Below, in pieces: positions 1 to 9,311 of a stretch of 64,000 bases of DNA. The DNA is from Anthoceros angustus (Eukaryota > Plantae > Anthocerotophyta): the NCBI GenBank assembly GCA_010909165.1, contig MU008157.1, forward strand, positions 496,001 through 560,000. The letters run 5' to 3'. The translations under genes were made by a program, and so were the position numbers. Below the pieces are notes generated by a model that saw only the letters and a program-made list of their open reading frames with translations, did not search any database and was not told the DNA's origin. Within the stretch, counting starts at the first letter, position 1. Every line of letters starts with the position of its first letter.

Positions 1-2496
1 TCTGCCAGGAGTTTGGTCTCAGCAGAGGAGGATTTGAATGCAGTGTTGTCGTCTGATGGACCTCGTGCTCTGGTGTCGAGGCACAAGGATTTGCTTGCAG
101 CTGCTATGGCGGAGGGGTCAGCACAACCGAATTCTGCAGCAGCTAACGTTGAGAAGGGGAATGGGTACGGTGCAGCTGTCATTATCAGGGCCTGGGTGTC
201 TGCTCAAATCGCTCCTGGCTGGCACTCGAGCCATGGAGACGATCCTCAAGTTCCACTAGGCAGCAAGGCTGTCATTCATCTCAGGTTAGGGGTGCATGCT
301 GACTCTCAGAAACTGGATGAGGAATATGCCCTGCCTGGCAGGTCTAGGATGGTTGACGATGTGACAACGAATAGGCAGGCAAGAGACTTGTTCTTTTTGC
401 TAGTATTACAGGGTTCGGCTGTTAATTCCAGACCAGCGCAGTCTGTTCCAAGGATCACAGAGGACAAGAATTACCTCTACTATTTGTCCGAAACATCGTC
501 ACTGCTAGATCTCGCCCTGGCAGTGAGAGGGGAGGTGCCTGGGGAAGCTTCAGAGAGACAGGGGCAGATGCGTCTGGGCCGCCCCCAATTTACACCGTGT
601 CCAGCGGGGATGGATGTAGACGAAAATGAGGCTCCAGAGTTGTCATCACTTTCTTGGCTTGAAGGCCCAGCATCTGAGAGCATTTCCAGGTTGCGTGTAC
701 TGCTGTCGCCAGTGTTGCAAGGGAATGGTACTAGGACTGAAATGCCTTGTCCTGGGAGTGTCCTTCTACATGGACCACCTGCATGTGGGAAGACTCGACT
801 GGCTTTGGCACTCGCTCGAGATCTGAAGAATGACCCTTCCATAGTGGCCCACACTGTCCTTGTGAGGTGCCCTGAACTGGTTGGGGAGCAAGCCCAAACT
901 GTGAGAGCTGCACTTGAGGAAGCCATCTCTGAGGCACACCTACATGCACCGTCTTTGATCATACTGGATTCTTTGGATGCTCTCTTTCCTTCTTCAGATT
1001 CTGGAGGAAGTGAGCCTGGTATCGCTGCTCTTGCTGAATTCCTCGGGGACCTGATGGATGCCGCGCAGAGAAGCTGTGGACTAGCAGCAACTGCTTTTCT
1101 TGGGGTAGCAAAATCACCTACAACTCTTCCAGCAACGCTGTGCTGTGCCGGAAGATTTGACTTCTATGTGGAGTTACCAGCTCCAGCAGCCAAAGCAAGG
1201 GCAGCCATCCTAGTGCAAGCAGTTGAATCTCGTAGATTTGTATGCTCTCAACAAGTTGCAGACAACGTGGCAGCAAGCTGTGATGGATGTGATGCAATAG
1301 ACTTGGAAGTTCTGGTGGACAGAGCAGTCCATTCAGCCACTGCACGCTACCTTTCTCCCAACGTGGCTCCGTTACCTAGTTCAGCTCCTGCTACTGCTAC
1401 ACCTATAAACGCAGGAGCAGGGGAGGGTGGCAGACTGCAGCGATCAAGGGCACTGACAAGGATGAGTGCAGAGCATGCTCATTTGTTGATGCGCAGAGAG
1501 AAGTTTGAGCTCCTGGAGCAGGATTTTTTGTTTGCACTTGAAGACTTTGTGCCGGTTGCTATGAGGGGCATTGCCAAGAAAGCATCTCAAGGAGAACAGA
1601 TGGGTTGGGACGACGTCGGAGGCTTAACTGAACCTTGTCACAAAATTAAAGACATGCTGGAGACGCCTGCAAAGCATAGCAAGATTTTTGCAGAGGCTCC
1701 CTTGAGGTTGAGATCAGGGGTTCTGCTATTTGGGCCCCCTGGATGTGGCAAGACTCATCTGGTAGGTGCAGCTGCAGCAGCATGTTCACTCCGCTTTATA
1801 TCTGTGAAGGGACCTGAACTTCTGAATAAGTACATCGGAGCTTCTGAACAGGCAGTTAGAGATCTTTTCTCAAGGGCGGCTTCTGCAGCTCCCTGCATCT
1901 TGTTTTTTGACGAGTTTGACGCAATAGCACCAAAAAGAGGGCACGATAACACAGGTGTGACAGATCGTGTTGTGAACCAGCTTCTGACAGAACTGGACGG
2001 CGTACAAGCCCTCAACGGTGTGTTTGTGTTTGCTGCAACCAGCCGGCCTGACCTTCTGGACGCGGCACTCCTAAGGCCAGGGCGGTTGGATCGGCTCCTT
2101 TTCTGTGACTTTCCGTCCACCGAAGAGCGCGGGGACATTTTGAGAATACTGTCCCGCAAATTGCCTTTGGCGGAAGATGTTGATCTGAACCTGTTAGCAT
2201 CGATGACGAATGGTTTTAGTGGTGCAGATTTGCAGGCTGTGCTTTCAGATGCGCAGTTGGAGTCCATCCACTGTTTTCTGGATACCTGTGAAGAGGGCAC
2301 TTTGGCCAGTGGAGGTGAGGAGAGGAAGCCTTTCATTACTATGGCACAACTGGAGGCCACAGCCGCGAAGGCAAGGCCTTCTGTGACAGAGTCGGAGAAG
2401 AAAAGACTCAATGCCATATATGACAACTTCTTGGGTAACAGGTCTGCGTCTTCTATGGCAAGGGACACCAAAGGCAAGCGAGCCACTTTGGCGTGA
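1..2496 (+). CDS. PEX1: Peroxisome biogenesis AAA ATPase PEX1 (5'-partial, open from the window edge, no introns visible)
   Basis: Two AAA modules: GPPACGKT with degenerate Walker B, and GPPGCGKT/ILFFDEFD with SRH ATSRPDLLDAALLRPGRLDR. Also ELLNKYIGASEQ and the plant PEX1 C-terminus KGKRATLA. Confidence 0.93.
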   Translation, partial: SARSLVSAEEDLNAVLSSDGPRALVSRHKDLLAAAMAEGSAQPNSAAANVEKGNGYGAAVIIRAWVSAQIAPGWHSSHGDDPQVPLGSKAVIHLRLGVHADSQKLDEEYALPGRSRMVDDVTTNRQARDLFFLLVLQGSAVNSRPAQSVPRITEDKNYLYYLSETSSLLDLALAVRGEVPGEASERQGQMRLGRPQFTPCPAGMDVDENEAPELSSLSWLEGPASESISRLRVLLSPVLQGNGTRTEMPCPGSVLLHGPPACGKTRLALALARDLKNDPSIVAHTVLVRCPELVGEQAQTVRAALEEAISEAHLHAPSLIILDSLDALFPSSDSGGSEPGIAALAEFLGDLMDAAQRSCGLAATAFLGVAKSPTTLPATLCCAGRFDFYVELPAPAAKARAAILVQAVESRRFVCSQQVADNVAASCDGCDAIDLEVLVDRAVHSATARYLSPNVAPLPSSAPATATPINAGAGEGGRLQRSRALTRMSAEHAHLLMRREKFELLEQDFLFALEDFVPVAMRGIAKKASQGEQMGWDDVGGLTEPCHKIKDMLETPAKHSKIFAEAPLRLRSGVLLFGPPGCGKTHLVGAAAAACSLRFISVKGPELLNKYIGASEQAVRDLFSRAASAAPCILFFDEFDAIAPKRGHDNTGVTDRVVNQLLTELDGVQALNGVFVFAATSRPDLLDAALLRPGRLDRLLFCDFPSTEERGDILRILSRKLPLAEDVDLNLLASMTNGFSGADLQAVLSDAQLESIHCFLDTCEEGTLASGGEERKPFITMAQLEATAAKARPSVTESEKKRLNAIYDNFLGNRSASSMARDTKGKRATLA

Positions 2497-2889
2497 CTTT
2501 TGCAAGTACTCGTGCAACAAGGCGAGGAGGTTGTTGTCATGTCAGATCTTCTGGTCCCAGCAAACTCAGGTACCTAATAACAAATGCCTCCGAAAGCCTG
2601 TAAAAGGCTGTTCTAAAACTCTGACTCCACTCCCAACGTCCTGCATCACCTAGCCAGTATCAGGGCGCTGGCCTCTCTCTCTATCCAGGTAACCTGGTCC
2701 GAAGTCAGGCAGCCGTGATTCGCAAGAAGTACCGGTATCTACCTTCCATTGCCAGCACATCAATCGCTGAACTGTGTACATATGTAATCGTAACATCACC
2801 GGTCGCGAAAGGACGTTGCAGTCATTCCCCTAGGATGATGTGCATTGAGTACCTAGTTTTGGAGAACCAACTTTTTTTGCTCTATCTAA

Positions 2890-3026
2890 AAGAAGAAGAA
2901 GAATACATTATAATCCACTTGGACGAAAGTTTCCCGTCATGGGACTTGGTACTTACCAACGTGTACCATGGTGTGCCTAACCTACTTGCACCAAGGGCAT
3001 GGGCATCCACCCCCTTCAGGCACCCC
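2890..3026 (-). mobile_element. SINE-like retroposon (about 130 nt, (CTT)n tail), TSD ATCTAA
   Basis: Homologous to the copies at 3647, 4977, 19135 and 30564. ATCTAA at 2884-2889 and 3027-3032. Confidence 0.8.
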
Positions 3027-3454
3027 ATCTAAGTACCGATGTACCTGATCCGCATGTCCATCCATATTGCAGGGTCGCCGCTCAATAGTTATCAAACCTG
3101 TAGTCGCACACTTGCATAATTACAGAAAATCACGAGCATAGGACTAAGTAGATAGGTAGTTGCTATGAATGTTGTGCCGAGAAGAAAACAATTCGGAGCA
3201 CACGGTAGCGTGGTGTATCCATATGGCCTGGGTTCAAGCCACCTCCTGCTGGTTCAAAGTTTGTGTTCACATCACCCTATTCTCCGTACCCTGGGCATCC
3301 ACTAGTCTCCCGGGGTGTTCGAGGCGGAGCGTCCGAACCCTTTGCTTCAAGCACAATTCAGATGCTATGTAGCAACAAAGAAGCCCAGGAATGAGAGCGG
3401 CCGGACTAATTATGAAGACATGAAAAGATTTGTATGCCTTTATGGACCCAGGTA

Positions 3455-3580
3455 TGAGGTGAGAGAGGCTCGAACTCTCGACCTTAGGATTCCTCTAGAA
3501 GAAGAAGAAGAAGAATTTTATTTAAGTCCACTAAGGACCTAGAGGTATGAGACCTACGCTAGCCAATGCGCCACCACCCC
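3455..3580 (-). tRNA. tRNA-Met(CAT) elongator with retroposon-expanded intron; damaged duplicate (3 nt missing in the D-arm region)
   Basis: Same as 4781-4909 but with small deletions. Either a pseudogene or a noisy assembly copy. Confidence 0.6.
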
Positions 3581-3646
3581 ATGATGTACAAGTGCCTATC
3601 TTCTAATGTAGAGATCAAAACATTTTGAGGTGGAGCTTAATTAAAA

Positions 3647-3773
3647 GACGAAGAAGAAGAATTTTATTTAAGTCCACTAAGGACGGATTCTCAATGGGAC
3701 TTGGTACTTAACAACTTGTATCATGGTGTGCCTAAGCTATTTGCACCAAGGGCATCCACTCCCTTTAGGCACC
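3647..3773 (-). mobile_element. SINE-like retroposon copy (duplicate of 4977-5106)
   Basis: GAAGAAGAATTTTATTTAAGTCCACTAAGGACGGA...AGGCACC on the + strand. Confidence 0.8.
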
Positions 3774-4232
3774 GTGGCGCGACTTTTCTTGGACAGCAGC
3801 AATCCGTGTCGTTGTAGGAAGGAGTTCGTTCCCAAGGAATAGCCAGTCCGTTTCGGCGTTCGGCGATTCTCGTCTTACTGCGTCCGCTCGCCCAACGCAC
3901 CCACTCCTCAGTTCACGTCTAACTACTCGCGACAAACACCGCACAGCCCGGTATGGCCAAGCGTTTAAGGACCCGTTCGCGTCGTTTGTTCACGTTCATA
4001 CTCACATCCTCGTCCGTGCCTCTCTCTATCCAGGTAACCTGGTCCGAAGTCAGGCAGCCGTGATTCGCAAGAAGTACCGGTATCTACCTTCCATTGCCAG
4101 CACATCAATCGCTGAACTGTGTACATATGTAATCGTAACATCACCGGTCGCGAAAGGACGTTGCAGTCATTCCCCTAGGATGATGTGCATTGAGTACCTA
4201 GTTTTGGAGAACCAACTTTTTGCTCTATCTAA

Positions 4233-4366
4233 AGAAGAAGAAGAATACATTATAATCCACTTGGACGAAAGTTTCCCGTCATGGGACTTGGTACTTACCA
4301 ACGTGTACCATGGTGTGCCTAACCTACTTGCACCAAGGGCATGGGCATCCACCCTTCAGGCACCCC
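4233..4366 (-). mobile_element. SINE-like retroposon copy (duplicate of 2890-3026)
   Basis: Same sequence and same ATCTAA TSD as 2890-3026. Confidence 0.8.
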
Positions 4367-4780
4367 ATCTAAGTACCGATGTACCTGATCCGCATGTCCA
4401 TCCATATTGCAGGGTCGCCGCTCAATAGTTATCAAACCTGTAGTCGCACACTTGCATAATTACAGAAAATCACGAGCATAGGACTAAGTAGATAGGTAGT
4501 TGCTATGAATGTTGTGCCGAGAAGAAAACAATTGCACACGGTGGCGTGGTGTATCCATATGGCACAGGTTCAAGCCACCTCCTGGTTCAAAGTTTGTGTT
4601 CACATCACCCTATTCTCCGCACACAGGCATCCACTAGTCTCCCGGGGTGTTCGAGGCGTCCAACCCTTTGCTTCAAGCACAATTCAGATGCTATGTAGCA
4701 ACAAAGAAGCCCAGGAATGAGAGCGGCCGGACTAATTATGAAGACATGAAAAGATTTGTATGCCTTTATGGACCCAGGTA

Positions 4781-4909
4781 TGAGGTGAGAGAGGCTCGAA
4801 CTCTCGACCTTAGGATTCCTCTAGAAGAAGAAGAAGAAGAATTTTATTTAAGTCCACTAAGGACCTAGAGGTATGAGACCTACGCGCTAGCCAACTGCGC
4901 CACCACCCC
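4781..4909 (-). tRNA. tRNA-Met(CAT) elongator with a 55-nt intron (11-nt intron plus 44-nt insertion)
   Basis: Sense GGGGTGGTGGCGCAGTTGGCTAGCGCGTAGGTCTCATA-[intron]-ATCCTAAGGTCGAGAGTTCGAGCCTCTCTCACCTCA. Exons differ from 30848-30932 by only 2 pairing-compatible changes. Confidence 0.85.
4826..4864 (-). mobile_element. 39-nt 5'-truncated LINE/SINE tail inside the tRNA-Met intron, TSD CTAGA
   Basis: Identical to the 3' end of the SINE at 4977. CTAGA at 4821-4825 and 4865-4869. Confidence 0.9.
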
Positions 4910-4976
4910 ATGATGTACAAGTGCCTATCTTCTAATGTAGAGATCAAAAACATTTTGAGGTGGAGCTTAATTAAAA

Positions 4977-5106
4977 GACGAAGAAGAAGAATTTTATTTA
5001 AGTCCACTAAGGACGGATTTCTGTCAATGGGACTTGGTACTTAACAACTTGTATCATGGTGTGCCTAAGCTATTTGCACCAAGGGCATCCACTCCCTTTA
5101 GGCACC
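4977..5106 (-). mobile_element. SINE-like retroposon, 67 bp upstream of tRNA-Met
   Basis: Full family consensus from GGTGCCT to (CTT)n. Confidence 0.85.
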
Positions 5107-8100
5107 TGTGGCGCGACTTTTGCTGACGGCCAGCCGGGCGCGCACAATCCCGTGTCGTTGTAGGAAGGAGTTCGTTCCCAAGGGAATGACAGGCTCCGTT
5201 TGCAGCGTTTCAGGCGATTCTCGTCTTACTTTGCGTCCGTTCAGTTCCAACGCACACACTCCTCAGTTCACGTCTAACTACTCGCGACAAACACCGCACA
5301 GGCCCGGTATGGCCAAACGTTTAAGGACCCGTTCGCGTCCGTTTCGTTCACGTTCGTTACTCACACCTCGTCCGTTCCTCTCTCCACTCACACTACACTT
5401 ATCAGTCTTAAGGAAAGACGCGCGGGTTACACAGTCCGGACCTCCTCCGTCGTTCTACCGGGCCTCTCCGTCCGGGCTCTGCACGCCCTCCCGGAGTCCC
5501 TCCGGCTCACACGTTCCGGTCCGTTCGGTGGCGGGCGCGGCTCGGGCGAGCACGGTCCCGCCACCTCCCCGCACACACCACAACACGTTAGGTCCGTCAC
5601 GGGACCACGATCAATCCCTCCGAGTCGCCGTGCTCGCCGACTCGAGGACTCACGTTAGCAAGAAGACACACAAAGGTGCAAGAACGCGGCATCAACACCA
5701 AGAGAAAGATGATTTATTAGCGTGACCCTCTTATACTACGCCGGTCGGCGTCTTTATTACACCCCTATTACGGTGATGGCATTTCGGTGTACTAATCGAC
5801 CGCCTACCATCCTATTCCTCCTCCTATCTCCTTCGCCGGCGGTGGGGGGGAAGGTCCGAGTTCCGCCTTGGGATTGGTGGTCCAATCTCCCGTCACGGCG
5901 GTTGCGGCGCAATCGGATGATCCGCGAGGCGGACCTCCTCTCCCGGAATCACAGCCGGGTTGGGCTCGGCGGTCGGCGCCGCCGTTACCACGTCATCCTC
6001 CCTGGCCTCCCATGGGTCCCCTCGGTGGGGCCTATATCTGCTCCCCAGCGTAAGTCGAAGGGCTCCTCCTTCTTGCCGAGTCGACCTCGAGGTCCGGTCT
6101 CGACTCAGTGAACTCCGGTCGGCTTATTTCTGAGTCCGGTGGGTCCGGCCGTCTCGGGTTCGGACCTCGGTCCGAACTTATTCAGTCCGGTCCCCAAGCT
6201 CGGACCCCCCACTGTGGACCTCGTCTTGCTAGGTCCTCCTCCCTACCCCCCGACCCTTGTCTTGGTTGGGTTGGCTCCCCTGCACTTTCAGGCCCGTCAC
6301 CTCCCTTCTCCTGAGCGGGTGGTGGTGAACTTACCCTAGGGTCCGTTGCGTCCGCTCCTCTTGGGGCTCTTCTCCTTGCCGTCGTCTCCAAACAGGGCCC
6401 CTAGGGTCCCTGTACTGTCCCCGTGCCCTTCTTCCCCTCAGGGGCCTTCCGAGGGGTCAGGCGTGGTGAGAGGCCTCTGCCGGGGAGCTCGGTGTGGTAA
6501 TAGGCAAAGTCCGAATCCACTTGTTGGATTGCCTCTTCCACGTGTGCGGGCACCGATACTCCCTTCGCCATAGGTGCTCAGGTCTTGCCGGCTTGTTGGT
6601 CCACCTCCCGAGTTTGATATGGGCGGGGCTGCTTCTCATGGCAGGCTGCCTCGGTCACCTCCAGTGTCATGTTGCTCCACTGCTCCAACTCCTCCGCTTG
6701 GTTCATTTGCCGGCTTGCCCGCCATAGCGCGGCGTTCCGCCTTCCTCGGTGGACCAGCGGCTTCTTATGCCTTCCGGCGCCCTCGCCTCTTTGTCCATTC
6801 TTACATTAACTCCGCCATCTCCCTCTCTCGACGGTGCAACCTTGCGGGCGGGCTTCGCCGAGCCCTTCTCCATCTCGGCGGCGTCCTGCTCCTGTTCCGC
6901 CGTCTGCTCCGTCGCCAGCGGGCCGCTCTATTTCCCGGTCGCGTTCCGCGACCATGTCCTGCAGACTACCATTCCTCTCAATGATAGTTTGAAGCTGCAG
7001 CTCCAAAGTCTCCTTGCGGTCTTCCATCTCCTGCCGCTGCTGCTCCACCTCCCGGAGCTGAGTCTGGAGATCCTCCATCTCCTTGTCGCGAACTTCTTGG
7101 GCCTGGCTGGTCCGCGCTTGCTCCGCCACCTCCTGCTCCATCTTCAGGCAGAGCTGGAGGCGCTCTATCTCCGCTCGAAGTCCTGGATTCTCTTGTTGAG
7201 AACCCCTTGCTGCTTTGCCAGCGTCTTGGAGTTGTAACTCCAAGGTGTCCTTCTTGTCCTCCTCCTCCGCCTCCCTTCTCCTGCTTGTGCATACAGGGTC
7301 CCCGATTTCCGGGTCTTGGCCTCAGTGTTTTTGCACGGCTCGTCCGTGCTTGCTCACTGCTCGGCCTTGATTGGCGTGGCTCTAGCCTCCCTCCACGGTT
7401 CGATCACGCCGATAGTGATCGCGATCGGCCGCCGTGGCTTCCGCCTCCTTGGCCACCTTCACGAGCCTCTCGGCTTGGCTCGGTCGGTCAGCTGCCTCCG
7501 CGGTCCGCGCCGCTGCTTGCGCCCGGGCCTCTCGCTTCTGCTGCGCTACCCCTCACTGCGAGGTCCTCGGCCAGCTTGGGCCTCCTTAGCTGCCGGTGCT
7601 CCTCCGGTGAAGGAATTTAGTCCGGTCCTTGCGGATGGACGGACCTCCCTCTCGGCCTCGGCGTTTCCCTTCCTCAATCCGGCCGAGCTTGGCCTTCCTT
7701 CTGCCTCCTGGGCCCCTCAGCTCACGGAGGAGTACCATGCGCCTCGGGTGGCTTCTACCTCCGGGTCTTCTCGGCCATCCCAGAGACCCCAAAGCATACC
7801 GTCCATGGCGGTAGCAGGACCGCCGTGTTTCTTCCACGGCGCTGAGTGAGGCTCCCACAAAGTCCGTGGCGGGGCCGGCATTTCACGGTCCGCCAAGGAC
7901 CTCCATACCTTGTCGGAGTAAGTCGGTGGGTTCTCCGGACCTAATCGGGACCCTTAGGTCCCCGAGGCCGAGCTTCACCCTCCTTGGCCCCAGGCGCGAG
8001 CTCCTTCTCGCCCTTTTTCTCACAGGGCTCGGAGGTGAGGGAGTCCGGAGCAAGCCCTTTTGCCCCTTCACATCGGCAGGACCGGCTCGGTCAGTGCGGT

Positions 8101-8700
8101 GTCCTCCTCCTCCACAGGCGTCCCTCTCGCCTCCTTACCGCTTCCTCCGCTTCTTGCCACTCAGGTGGCGGGGTAAGTCTTGGCACCAGGTGCAGCGTTG
8201 GTAAGTGGTCTTGCGTCTCTTGGCTCCCTCACAGTCGGCGGGGCTCCATGGTATGGTTGTGGTGGTGGCGGGGCGGGGGTCGGGCCGCTTCTGCTTGGGG
8301 CTGCTCGGTTGGGGCACGGGAGGAGGAGGCGGGAATTTCTTCCCATACTTCCACAGGTGGTGAGGGGTCCGTTCAGGGCGTATGGAGTCCGGAATCCCTC
8401 CCCGCCTCCTCCCGGTCCGTTTGGCCTTCTCGGCCTCCTCCCTCGGCGCCCTTGCCCGCTCCACTTCCGGCGGGCCTCAGTCCTTTCGGGCGCCCGCTCA
8501 AGCTCTCCCTCCTTGAGGAGCTCAATGCCCCATACATGGATGGGGCGGGGGCCAGAATGGCGAGGGCTTCTCGGCCCCGAGCTTGGGCCTCTGACTAAAC
8601 CGGCGAAGATAATCCTTCCAGTCCGCCTCTTCCCAGCTAGGCGCAGGAATACCAACAGATTGTCACACCGAGGGAAGTACATTTGAACGAATCTTGATCC
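5107..8700 (-). mobile_element. Probable 3' part of an LTR retrotransposon: LTR 5107-5809, PPT 5810-5834, frameshifted coiled-coil ORF remnant
   Basis: TG...CA-bounded 703-bp segment. On the minus strand it is preceded by the purine tract GAAGGAGATAGGAGGAGGAATAGGA. GC-rich interior with an E/Q/R-rich ORF (6806-7243). No RT or integrase recognised. Confidence 0.5.
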
Positions 8701-9311
8701 TTGGTCTTGGTCTTGGTCTTGGTCTTGGGAACTTCACATTAGGACACAGATTTCTCAATCCACCAGCCTGGGTAGTGTTGATATATCAGCAGGTTACTTG
8801 TCCAGCAAGCATCACCAAACCAAGGAAGAAAAGAATCTATTCAAACACTTGGTAATCCGCCAACAGCACATTGCTGTTACACATTGCTGTTACATTTATC
8901 AGAACGTTGTCTTCTCGAAATATCTTTTCTCAACACAATGGCTTAGTTTCAAGGTTTGGCTGATGGTCACCGGCTCCGGCAACAGCAACAGCTACAGCAG
9001 TGCGAGGGAGGGTCCCGTATTTCAGGACACAGGCTGCCAATCCGCCAACCTAAAGTGTTGATAGCAGCAAGCATTACTAAACAGAGTATGACAACACAAT
9101 GCCCCCGTTCTGGCTCTAACCTGGAATTCACTGAGCTGTTCCCTCACCTTGCATCACAGCGTTGGCTCTGGTACCGGCTAAAGGGCTTGACATGCTGCGT
9201 TCTCACTCTCATGCTTGCAGGAAGCTACCAAGCTGAGTTCAACTTTCCTTCACGTGTAGCAAGGGTACCACTCCAGCGGAGTGGTTTTTCGGTGGCGGCC
9301 CGAACAGCAGG

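Larger units (their letters stand above)
2671..5380. repeat. Direct tandem duplication of about 1.35 kb (2671-4017 vs 4018-5380) containing SINEs, tRNA-Met and the start of an LTR
   Basis: Near-identical blocks both start gcctctctctatccaggtaacc. Junction microhomology is CCTCTCTC. Differences are mostly small indels. Confidence 0.9.

Noticed and set aside
4650-4780. Dicistronic tRNA-Met-snoRNA as known in rice
   Set aside because: No C box (RTGATGA) downstream of the tRNA, and a TTTT terminator occurs within about 30 nt.
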